Source: Lytechinus pictus (lineage: Eukaryota). Taken from it: 64,000 nt of DNA. The position numbers and the translations under genes were made by a program. Below the pieces are notes generated by a model. The model saw only the letters and a program-made list of their open reading frames with translations. It searched no databases and was not told the origin of the DNA. The stretch covers positions 8,992,001 to 9,056,000 of the forward strand of contig NC_087250.1 of NCBI RefSeq assembly GCF_037042905.1, read 5' to 3'. Positions 24,318 to 36,643 of this stretch are shown here, piece after piece; the first letter of the stretch is position 1; each line of letters starts with the position of its first letter.

Positions 24318-24325
24318 GTTCTAAC

Positions 24326-24397
24326 GCACCAAAAGCTATAGCGCCATCTACATTTACTGCATTATAACCAAAAACCGTAGCGGACGGGTTCGCTACA
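24326..24397 (-). repeat. 5' LTR, displaced U3 start
   Basis: Begins TGTAGCG on the minus strand (imperfect inverse of the other LTR end) and abuts TSD ATAC. Confidence 0.8.
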
Positions 24398-25304
24398 ATA
24401 CTCACATTGACTGTGTACGTATAGCGCATATCTATTACAATTGTCCTGATGAAAATATATGTTATAGAATCATATTGTATGCAAAAATCATGATGGGTGT
24501 CATGGTCTGAGTTTTCTTTGTGTATACTGCATGATTCCAATTTCATTTGAACATGTCAATGTATGCAATGGCAATTTCAATCAGTTTATAATTATCTTTT
24601 GTTTAGTCAGCGTTTATTCTTCAATGTGCAGAATTGGTTTGCAAGCGGTTTTTACACCAAAGAGCTCATTCCTGGCACTTCGACTAAAGATGGATATGAT
24701 ACTTTATTGATAACGGTTATCCATTTTTAAAAACAATATTTATTTACTGCAGCCAAGGAGTTCCTGACAAAATTCATTTATTTGACTATAAACTAGTATG
24801 AATGTCCCCGGAATGGTCTTAAGATAAAAAATAAATACCTTTTTTTTTCGCAAATGAATATATATACTTTACTAGTTGTAGCTGTAAAATGACTGTGTCT
24901 TCCTTTCCTCTTAATTTAATATTTTAGTATTTCATTTACATAACCTAAATGAAGGAGGATTCGGAACGATTATTGTATGATGATTGAAAGGACCCCTCCC
25001 CCCAAAAAATAATAATGAATTCGAATAAATGAATAAATGATTAAATGAATAAATGAATAGATGAATAAATGAATAAATAAATAAATGAAATTAAAAAATA
25101 AAAGTCAGTAATCTTTAACAGAATAGTTCGAAAGCTTATTTCCAGTGGGGTCCTCAACACGTATATTATAATCATAAAAGGTAAAATCTGTTTACACTAG
25201 AAAAACCAATAGGAATTACTATTAAAAATAAATAAGATCTTGAGATGGTATGTACAAGAAATATATAAAAAATAGAAAGAAGAAATTAAAAGGTATGATG
25301 CTGT

Positions 25305-26844
25305 CTCAAGCGGATCGGGAGAAGGGGGCGTTCCTTTCCCCCTCTCTTTCATATAAACCTGGTGAGTTATGTATAATATTATCTCAATATTAATTCTATA
25401 ACAAACTACTTAAAATCCTCATTTCATGACAGTTTAACTTTAACAAAAATTTCGGCTTGCGATTTGCGCTCGCATTGATTGTTGAAAATATATTAACTCG
25501 TGCATCTTAATTACAAAAGTGCTTTAAATGTCCAGTTTTCAAGCCATAATATTAAGATATTTCGCGCTCTCATTAGGCTTATTACATTAATAAATAAGAT
25601 ATTGATTTAATAATCACGATGTCATTTTTTCAGAATGGAATATCGACAATTTCTATTTCGTGCTTAGGAAGAGAAATAGGAAGATAGTCATCTTTTTCAT
25701 TTGATGACAAAATGTTCTTAGGATGTCCCGGTCCTATATGTCAAAGCTCAAAGGAATAATATTAAAACATATCAGCTTATTTTAAACTGTGATCCATATC
25801 CACCTCACAATTTTCCTACAAAGTGCTTGAAATACAGAGCTTAAATTGTCCCTTTTTCAGATCGGAATATCAAATGTTTTAAGCTCGCGCTTCGCACTCG
25901 CTTTATTGATTTTCATGATAAAAAAAGTAATTTAGAATGTCCAGATTCTAGGTCGCGCATGTTTATTCAGATACGCAGCTTGTTCTCTATTTTAAACCGT
26001 AAATTCACTGTCTTGATCGGCTTTTGGTTCAGAACCAAAAGCCGATGCAGAATCGGCTTTTGGTTTATCTTGCACTGCGTTTACACGCTGTTACAGCTCA
26101 CGGTTCAGAACCGCGAGCCGATGCAAAAGCCGATTAAGTGTAAACATGGTATAAATCATCCAATATATCAAACATTTTCTGCTCGCGCATTGTGCTCGCA
26201 TTATTAATGTAAAAATATTTCCAATTATCATTTTCATGATTTACAAAAAATTAAAAGTGTCCCATTTTTAGGTGTAAATCTCGATTTTTTCCGCATGCGC
26301 TTCGCGCTCGCATAAATTGTTAAGTTATATACTTATCCTTATCACGATTACAAAAAGTGCTTAGAATTTCCATACTTCGTTTAGAAATGTCAAAATTTTC
26401 AGCTCACGCTTTTCGCTCGCATTATTTGATTGTTGAAAAATGTAAGGTCTTCATGGCTAACTATAAACAGCCGTTAACAGATCCCTTTTTGATCAGATAA
26501 AAACATATATTAAAATTTTCTGTTCGCGCTTCGCGCTCGCAGTAATTATTTAGTTTGTGGATAAACATTTGGTTTAGGATCACAAACATTGCCCAGAATA
26601 TTGAAATTTTAGGACAAAATACTTTGAAAAAAAATAGCTCGCTCTTTGCACTCGCACTATTTAAATAAGGCTTATGAGATTATTATATATTTATGTTGAT
26701 TTATAAGAATAAAGCTTAGAAATGACTATTATAAGACTACCCCTTCAAAGATACAAACAAAAATCAACTTCGAGCGGCCGATCGGGAAAATGTGGCTGAA
26801 AAAATTCGCCCCCCCCCTATTGGCAAAGGCTGGATCCGCCCCTG
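25305..26844. mobile_element. hAT-like non-autonomous element with GCTCGCGCTTCGCGCTCGC repeats
   Basis: Right end GGATCCGCCCCTG, degenerate left end; internal motif shared with 1308-2377 and 39396-40247. A small palindromic insert lies at ~25993-26153. Confidence 0.6.
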
Positions 26845-28997
26845 TCTACTGATTAGCTCTTGACGGGGGGGGGGGGGGGGGATGGGTTACCTATAAATAT
26901 TATTGTTGAATTTTCAGCTCAATATATTGCTTTGACCCCCACCTCCTTCACACATGTTTTATATATCCCCGTCTACTAACAGCTCTTTATGGAGGCGGGG
27001 GGCACAATTTTTTTTTTAATTTTCAGCTCAATACTAGTATATTGCTCTCACACCCCCCCCCCGATCAGATGAATTACGCCACCTGACGTACGTGATTTCA
27101 ATTGCCATATAGCCCAAAGATCCAATGACTATTCATCTTGCTTACACATTAAAAAAAACTGAAGAGTTGTCAAACTCAACAGAAATATACAATAAAATAA
27201 CAACAAAATGACATACTATAGAAAGAAAGTATCAAAAAAATTGAGAATTTGGTAGAATAAAGAGAATAAAATGTTGAAATTTTTTACCCCCGTCTCCCAC
27301 ACTCGGATCTATTACGTATTAGACAATTATATAAAATTAGGCTGATCTGCCTTTATTTGTGCACAATATTCTTAACTAAAGTCATGATATGACCATTGAC
27401 ATATGGGTTATAAATTTTCATAGTTTGATCACACCATATCCACTTTAAATTCCTGGAAATTCCAGCAACAATACATGTTGTCATGGGTACGACACACATT
27501 TTCTTTTTTGAAAAGTATCACGACACCAACGTTGAAACTGTGCAAGGCCTTTAATGGCGAACTCCGCTGGGTTGATACATAGCCTATGGGTGATGAACAT
27601 ACGTGGGAGAGATGCAACTCACTAATAACTAGCATCAGAACGGACGCCAAATTCAGGGGCCCGTTTTATAAAGGACTTGCAACTGTTGTAAGTTTGCCAT
27701 AATGGCAACTGCCATGATAAAATGGTTCAACAGCCAATTAGAATCAAGGTTTCCATGGTAGTTGCCATAATGGCAAAGTTATACAGTTGTAACTCTGAGT
27801 AGTCCTCGTGCGGTCGTGCCCCCCCCCCCCCTCATCAATCAACCACCCGGGCGCCGTTCTGTACATGTAGTATAGAATGGTCCGAAAATTGCGATAGGGG
27901 ATTTGCCCCTTGCTTTTAGATTTTGCCCCAACCGCATCAATGTACTTATTGTACTATGTATTGTATTTACATTTAGATGATTATTATAATGATGTCTTTG
28001 GATTTAAAGAAATAGCTTGAACTTAACTGAACAGAACAAATTAGGGACGTACTACATAATATTGTAGTTTTAAATGTAGTTAGCCGAGAGGTTCAAAATT
28101 GATAACTCCAGTGAATTTGATGAAATGAAAAAAAATCCCCTTCGCTCTGCTCCCTAAATGATTAAAGAATATAAACAAAATAAAGAAAAAAAAAAAACAC
28201 CAGGGGGAGGGGGAGTTGGATCTAGAAAAAAATATTGAATACCATTTGGCAATTGGTTTCAATTTTGAGTACATGGAAAGTGAAACATTTGGTACCCATT
28301 AAAACCAATTGACTATTGGTCCCAATTAGAACCAATTGGTTTCAACTGGAAATAAAGCTAATTAGTCTCAAAATGGTCCCTAATGGGGCCAGTTGGCCCT
28401 TGACCCTACAATAATTTTGACCCATTTGACCTATTGAAACCCATTGATACCAATATTGAATCCAAATTAAAATTGCAATTATGTCCTTTCTAAAGGTAAA
28501 GATAATAGACACTGCTGGCCTATATACTAATGGCTGATGGAGGGGGGGGGGGGGAGCAATGAACAACGAAATTTTCACAAGCAAGAAAAAAGACAAAAAG
28601 AAAAGAAAGGATAACAGGTGAAACATTTTTTTTTTTTTTTTAAAGCAGTATTTCTGCATTTATTAATAAATCAAAATTACAAATTTATAACAATGATATA
28701 AAATCAAACATACATACTGATCAAGTTACAAAGGTGACAATTGTATAGTAGTTAAGTAGATATATAGACATAATATTCATGTAAACAATAACAAATGAAT
28801 TTAAATGCAGAGGCCAGCTATCGTAAGCTGAAAGCTTGAAATAATAGCAGCCAGGGGAAAAGAGGCTACATGGAAACCATAATAAAAATACCGGGTCTTT
28901 ATTATTTAAAAGTGATGTCACTTATATTTCTATCATATTGCTAACATGATATCATTTTCTGAATATTAATGTCAAAATCTATCACAAAATTAGATTA

Positions 28998-29270
28998 TAA
29001 TAATAATAATAGTTAATAACGGTATATTTACCCAGGTTAGCCACTTTAGTTCCGAAAACTGTTCTCCCAGCGGGCCCTGCTATTATTATTATTATTACCC
29101 CGGCTAAGCTAGGCAACCTATGCAAGTGCACACAGCTTTTTGAGGAATTACTTCCTGCCGGTACCCATTTACCTCATCTGGGTCGAGTGCAGCACACTAT
29201 GGATAACTTCCTTGCTGGGATTTGAACACACCGTCCCTCTGTTTCAAAGTCCGGAGACTAATCCACTGGG
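28998..29270 (-). mobile_element. tRNA-derived SINE
   Basis: Reverse complement of the 42411-42697 SINE (head, central TGCTGCACTCGACCCAG domain, same tail, (ATT)n end). Confidence 0.85.
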
Positions 29271-30569
29271 ACTCTGGTTTCGAAGGGTAAAAATTGTATT
29301 CTCTCGCTTTTAGCCCAAATGCAGCTTTTTTAAATAGAAATGTTGTCCCATACGTCATGTCCGTCTATCTCTAAACTCGCTTTCAGTTGTTAAGGTTGAT
29401 CGGATCAATTAAAGTCTGTGTAATACGGGGCCCGGATCAGTCAAATCTTTCTATACTTTTAAAGCTTGAATTTCAAATTCCTGTTCATTGTGCCCAACCG
29501 CCTATTTAAAAAAAAGAACCCCCATCAACATAACATTGTGCTGGTTACCATTGCATTGTGTTAGCTCTCATAGGGGCTCTGTATATAGGGGCGTTTCCCC
29601 TGTACATGTATTCAGTATTGAAATAATGCTGGCGTCAATACAACAGCTTCAGAAAATGAATTATACTTATCAAGTTACATTTCATTGTGTTATTTATCAG
29701 GACGGGGGTCTATAATTATGTTTCCCCTATTTTTAGCACTGAAGTACTGCCGGCGGCAATGTTGCATCTTAAGAAAATGAAGAAAAGTTCCCTCTACCAA
29801 AAATCGCACAATATTGTTCTATTCACAATCCAATTTCATTTTTAAGAGTAGACCGACGGGAACTTAACACGCACAATGAAAAAGGGGGAGATCCCTGTCC
29901 CTGGCCAAACAAGCAGAAAAAATAATGCAATATTATATTTATTTATTATATATTATTATATTATATATTTGTTATATACCATGGTCAGTGAAATGTGATG
30001 GAAAAGATGGTTAGTAAATTAATTTTTCTGCTGTTATTTTAAATGTGATATATGAAATTACACATTTTCATTGTGAATTAGTTCACACACTTATTTAGAA
30101 AGTTTTTAAACAACAATGAGTGCCATTGCAAGGATATTTCATGCTAAATCCTGATTTTTCTTTTAAAAACAGGAAATATGCAAATGAGGTAAACCACGTG
30201 ATCAGCATCATCAGAATTACTGGTATTACTGGTCTTGACCAGTTCAATTTCAAACAATGAATTACTTTAGACCAGTTGACTATATCAGAGGAATTTATCT
30301 TGTTCTTAATCATAATTAAAGGAAATAATTGTTTTAATGATAATGTTAATACTTGATAATTATGATAATTATTAATAATAATAATTACAATATCAATAAC
30401 AATGATAACAGTAATAAGAATGATAACAATGATCATAATAATCATACAAATAATAATTATGATAATTATAAGAAGAATGATGATAACAATCGATAACGAT
30501 AACTTTCTCTGAATTGCAAGATTCATTTTCCATAATTCGTCAAATGATCTGACTTGAAATAAAATCATT

Positions 30570-30950
30570 ATTTATTGGACCAGTAACACCAGTTTGATGA
30601 AAAACAATTTAACTGGTATTACTACTTTGCTTCAACTAGAATGCAATTGTTTGAACTGGTCTCCAGTTGATTTTTACTGGTCCAGTTAAAAATCAACTGG
30701 TCCAGTAAACATATACTGGAAACCAGTAAAAATCTACTGGAAACCATTTATTGGACCAGTAACACCAGTTTGATGAAAAACAATTTAACTGGTATTACTA
30801 ATTGCTTCAACTGGAATGCAATTGTTGGAACTGGTCTCCAGTTGATTTTTACTGGTCCAGTTAAAAATTCACTGGCCCAGTAAAAATATACTGGAAACCA
30901 GTAAAATTCAACTGGAAACCAGTAAAAATTCTTACTGGTCTTACTGGTTT
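30570..30950. repeat. Tandem duplication of a ~180-bp ACTGG/CCAGT-rich unit
   Basis: TTTATTGGACCAGTAACACCAGTTTGATG starts at ~30571 and ~30747. Confidence 0.8.
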
Positions 30951-31162
30951 TTCCTTCTGGGTTTTCAGTGTCCAAAAGGGGAGAGTTGTTCATCTGTGAC
31001 ATCATAGATCTTGGTCGCATTGCCAATTGGAGGATCTCCATAGCATTAGTGATCTCGACATTCAAATGCTCATAACTCTTCTATTGCTAGTCCTATTTTA
31101 CTCAAACTTTTGTTGATCTTATTCTTTGATTTTTCTGCTTTCACAAAAGCTAACTTGCTCCA

Positions 31163-31577
31163 AGAGTTTCATTCTCCTTTAAAGAGAAATTCCAGTAGTT
31201 GCAGTAAACACTGATTTCATGAGAAAGTCTGTAAAACCAGGCTTAATTGTCAGTATATCATCGAGGATCTAGATCTGGTACAGTTACATAAACTGAACTT
31301 TGTGAAATCTTGAAATCTACGCTGAAAAATGTTCAGACTGAACTTCCCCAACACAGATAAGCGCACGTGGGACAGTGTATAATTATTGCTTTGAGCGTCG
31401 GGCCCGACGCTCTACCCGAATCCTGTGCTTATTTGCTGATTTCTCAGCAATTATACAATTTCTTCCAGAATCCTTTGGCACATGCGTTTTATTTATACAA
31501 ACAGACACTTTGGTGGTCATTTCATTGGATTCTGTACGAACTCATTTTGATATCGTTACCAAAACTAGCATTTACCT
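31163..31577. mobile_element. Kolobok-like (TTAA) non-autonomous element
   Basis: TTAA-AGAGAAATTCCAGT ... ACTAGCATTTACCT-TTAA, imperfect inverted ends. Confidence 0.5.
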
Positions 31578-32129
31578 TTAAACACCCTTCATGACAAAAG
31601 GCAACAAGAAGTCTTTGTCCGAAACTTGTGACATTAAATCAGCAGTTTCGTCCTGAACTCCGCACAAACGGCATAATGAATATTATTTTTTTTGTCAGCT
31701 CTAAAACCTAGGACTAAACTGCTGTTCCGGTTCATCAATTGTCGACAAAGACCTCCCACATTTCCTCTGTCCTTTGACGGGCATTTACAATATATTAACA
31801 GTGTTCTTTAATGTGTCGTGTGAACGACCACTCTGTAGATTTGTGCACAGGGTAAAATTATGTTCACATTGTTAAATTTCATTTGTATTGAACAGTCCAA
31901 ATCACATCTTTACATACAGTAGTCAACAGTGTGAACACATTCTGAATGCTCACACTGAAGAGATGTCTATACTGAGTGAAATAATCTCTACGGCTACACT
32001 GCATAATTTCAGTAATGTGAACGCATATTCACGAAATCCACGACATGTACATACTGGGAACAATTGATACTTTTAGAGGTGTGAAATAAATATTCACGGA
32101 ATTGTATACTTTTATAACGTGTACACATA

Positions 32130-34510
32130 TTAGCATAATCCACAATGTGAACATATATTCACATAATCCATAGTATGAACATATATTCACATAATCCACA
32201 ATGTGAATGCGAAAATGTATTGACATAATCCACAATGTGAGCATATATCGACATAATCCACAATGTGAACATGTATTCACATAATCCGGAATGTGAACAT
32301 ATATATTTACATAATCTACAGTGTGAACATATATTCACATAATCCAGTGTGGACATATATTCACATAACGCACAGGGTGAACATTAATTTTATTCAGATA
32401 ATCCACAGTGTGAACAATATTCACATAATACACAGTGTGAACACTCCCACTGCATATGTTACAGGAAGAGAAATTATCTTATGGTTTTGGCCTGGTTAAA
32501 CTGGATGCTTTTGTGCGACTCACTTCTCCACATAATCCACAGTGTGAACATATAATTATTCACATAATCCACAATGTGAACACATATTAACATAATCCAC
32601 AATGTGAAAATTCATTGACATATTAATCCAAAATGTGAACATAAATTGACATAATCCACAATGTGAACATATATTCACATAATCCGGAATGTAAACATGT
32701 ATTAACATAATCCACAGTGTGGACATATATTCTCATAATCCATAATGTTAACATGTTAACATGTATTCACATAATCCACAATGTGAACATGTATTCACAT
32801 AATCCACAGTGTGAAAATATATTCACATAAAAATAATCCACAATGTGAACATGTATTCACTTAATCAACAATGTGAACGCACGATGAACACTCACACTGC
32901 ATATGTAACAGAAAGTGAAATTATCTTCACGGTTTTGGCTTGGTTAAGCTGGATCATTTTATGTGAATCCCTTCTTCACATAGTCCACTGTATGAACACA
33001 CTGTGAACACATTGTGAATACAAAGTGAACACACTTAACACATTATAAAGACACGGAAAACACAGTGAATTTACGGTAAATACACTGTAGTCACACTGAG
33101 CACACAGTAAACACACTGAACACACTGTAAACACACCGGACACACTATAAACACACTGTAAACACACTCACTGTGAACACACTCTAAACATACTGAACAC
33201 ACCATGAACACACCGTGAACACACTGAACACACTATAAAAGCAAACTAAAACACTGTGAACACACTGTGACCACACCGTGATCACAGTGTCAACACACTG
33301 AACACACCTTGTAAACATTGTGAACACGCTGAACACATAGTAAATACACTGCACAAACTGTAAACACACTAGACAATCTGTGAACACACTTTAACACATT
33401 GTTAAAACAACATAAAGACACAGAAAACACTTTGAATACACGGTAAACACACTGTAATCAACTGTGAATACACAGTAAAAACATTGTAGTTACACAGTGA
33501 ACACACAGTAAATATAGTGTAAACACACTTAATATACCGTGGAGGCGCGATAGCTCAGTCGGTAGAGCGGGGGATTTGTATTCCGATGACCAAGATTCGA
33601 TACCCACTTGGTGCGCTAGTGCCCCTTGGTAAGGCATAAATCCTCGTAGCCAGGGCCTTTGGGTAGGACCTTAAGCCGTCGGTCCTCTGGTTGCTTGCTT
33701 ACAAGCATTCATGCTTTCTTAGCAATCGGGTAAGAAAATCCCCACCAAAACACAAATAACACACTAAACACAGTAAACAAACTTGATACAATGGAAACAA
33801 ATATATCACACTTTAAACACACTGTGAACACAGTACACACACAGTAAATACAGTGTAAACACATTGAACATATCGTGAAAACACAGTTAACACACCAAAC
33901 ACACAGTAAACACACTGTATACAATGCAAACAAATATATCACACTTTAAACACACTGTGAACACATGAGTACACACACTGTGAACACACCGTGATCACAG
34001 TGTAAACACATCGTGTAAACATGTGAACACACTGTGAACACGCTGAACACATAGCAAATACACTGCACAAATTGTAAACACACTGAACACACGCTAGACA
34101 AACTGTGAACACACTTAAAAACACTGTAAACACACTGAACACAGTCTAAAGACACAGAAAACACTTTAAATGCACGGTTAACACATGGTGATCAAACTGT
34201 AAAAACACAATAAATACATTGTAGTCACACATGAAACAAACAGTAAATACAGTGTGAACACACTGACCACACCGTGAACACCGTGTAAACACACTGAACA
34301 CACCGTGAAAATACTGTGAACAGACTGTGAACACGCTGAACACATAGTAAATACACTGCACACACTGTAAACACACTGAACACACCGTAAAGACACTGTA
34401 GCCATGCTGTAATACACTGCGAACACACTATAAACACACTGAACACACTCACTGTGAACACATAGTAAACACAATGAACACACCGCGAACACACGGTGAA
34501 CTCACTGTGT
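32130..34510. repeat. Minisatellite/low-complexity array (28-bp CACATAATCCACAATGTGAACATATATT units, then ACACACTGTGA-like units)
   Basis: Read directly; it produces the spurious Cys/Val-rich ORFs in the track. Confidence 0.9.
33541..33760 (+). mobile_element. tRNA-derived SINE (second family)
   Basis: A-box TAGCTCAGTCGGTAGAGC, degenerate B-box GATTCGATACCC, then a non-tRNA body; inserted into the low-complexity array. Confidence 0.75.
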
Positions 34511-36535
34511 GCCACTGCGTTTATCCTGTAGGACATGTAAAAAAAAAGAGAAAAGAAAATGCAAGAGACATAACAAGAAATATGCTTGCTAAATTATTAG
34601 CATTTTATTAAATTCTAAATAAAAAGCCTCTTAGTTTCAGCGTTGTATATTAAAATAGAAATAAATTTCAGTTTTATATCCACTCATACATGACACAAGA
34701 AAATGTTGTTCTAATTACAATTCAGTATCACCAATATTGGGGGACTTTTTCAAATAAAAGAACAGTCTAAACTACACTTGCCCAATTGAATTGTTAAAAA
34801 TCGGCCTCCTGGTCTGACAGCCTTGCAGTGATATTCTGTTCTTCAATATTAGTTTTTACCACCTTTCTCCGAAATTTCATGTCCCTTGTTTTACCCCCAA
34901 AACTAAGAATTCTCTTTCTAGAAAGAGCTATATAAAAATCAATAAACAGAAAGAAGGGTTGCAAACTTTTAAAATGCTTTAGCTGTCTCTCGATATACTA
35001 CATCAAACTTGGATTTTGATTACGAGCGATATACTATAAAAACCTGGAAACTCACAAAACACTAGATACAACTGATTATAAGAACCCGACTATAATCACT
35101 TCAAATAAAGAGATAAAGCGATACATAATCGATATCCAATCGATATCTAATCTGTCATGATACATGTAAAAATTAACGCAAACGCAGCATTTTGGTAACA
35201 TTTAATTAAGCTACATAATAATATTGAAGTTCTATAGGAATTATGAAAGAAAAATCCAATGTGTCAATGTTACCAAACCAATCAGTTGCCAACATTTAAG
35301 TAAGATTTAGGCAATTTTTTTTGAATTGTGCTACTTATTTATAATCTTATGTCCCTAGGCATTATTTACATAAGTGGTAATTTTAAGCCTCCCAATTATT
35401 ACTAAATATATCCTTTAATCAAATATTTCTTTCAGTGTAACCAAACTTATCTTTTCAATAACTAGTAGACATATTATGTTCCAACAGTTGCCAACTTATT
35501 TCTTCTGTAATCTTATGCCATTTGGTATTAGTACATAAATGGACATAGTCGATGCTACAACTCTGCTAATACAACCTTCCGTATAAATGTACAAATATAT
35601 GTATATATATAATATATTTCTGAAGTGGACCTCCCCCCCCCAAAAAAAAAAAAAAATTGTCAAACCATTAACATAATTTATAATTTTTTGTAAACATTTC
35701 CCCCAAACCATTTCAGTAAAGCACAGACCATATAGACAACTGAACTTTGTACCTTCTTCTCTGGCGGAAAGTTCGGCATTGAACATTGACATAATCCATG
35801 GTTGGATAAGTAATAAAAGATCCCCAAATTTCAGTTATTATACCAAATTGGTAACGAGTTGGTACGGTCTGCGAATTACAAAGGATAATCACCGTTTGCA
35901 TGTTTTTTAGACAAAATCTCATGGTGCACCGCGAATAGTGCAAAAGTGTATTAACCACGATCACTGAATGAGTTTATATCAAGCTGAAAAGAATCAGCCA
36001 TCTGGAAGTCAACTCCATAAGGAAATAACACATATCCCCTTTATACACAAAACCCCACCACAAACACACACTCTGAAACACATTACGGTGCGGTATAGGA
36101 ATAAACTTCCAGTAGTGTTCCCCCCGGAATTTCATCTTTATACAACAATTACTGTGCCATGCCTTTACCCTTTTAGATAGGATACCCCCCATAAGAAAAG
36201 AGGGCTTTAGGAGTATAAGTCAGAGTATTCTGAACTTCCAATAGACACAAGAATAGTACAATTATGATAGAAAGGGGCATTAAAACCCGCGATTTAAAAA
36301 TGATAAAATGTCTACAAAGGGGTCAGTTGACATCTTTGTCGATGGAACCAACATGTGAATACTTACGAGACTTGTGGAAAATAAAAGGCACAATTATTAA
36401 AAAAGTGAAAGAACGTGAAGTGAATGGCATTAAATCAATTTGGAATTCCACAAGATGCTATCACCCTCCCCCCACCCCCTTTCCTCGCGTCTCTTTCGTA
36501 GCCTCGTGAAGCGATCGTGACGTCACAATAGACGT

Positions 36536-36643
36536 TTATGGGATAGCGCGTCCATTCTTGACCATCTGCACTTCGCGTGCCAGCTGGCAGGTGGCGCAAT
36601 AGCCACAGAAGGTCATGCAAACACAGTCGTTCATCAGGTTGCC
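36536..36643 (-). CDS. PLAC8/cornifelin-like gene, last coding exon
   Basis: Acceptor TATACAG; GNLMNDCVCMTFCGYCATCQLAREVQMVKNGRAIP then TAA. Candidate AATAAA at ~34604-34609. Confidence 0.9.
   Translation of the reverse strand, partial: GNLMNDCVCMTFCGYCATCQLAREVQMVKNGRAIP

Larger units (their letters stand above)
12604..24397 (-). mobile_element. Ty3/Gypsy LTR retrotransposon (3' deletion; 5' LTR interrupted by a 6.25-kb insertion)
   Basis: Termini TGTAGCG (24397, minus) ... CGCCACA (12604); 4-bp TSD ATAC (12600-12603, 24398-24401); 213-bp LTR repeat; PBS; gag and pol with PR-RT-RH-INT order. Confidence 0.92.

Noticed and set aside
33544..33616. tRNA gene
   Set aside because: Degenerate B-box and acceptor stem, followed by a SINE-like body.
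32029..34536. Cys/Val-rich ORFs
   Set aside because: Translations of low-complexity repeats.
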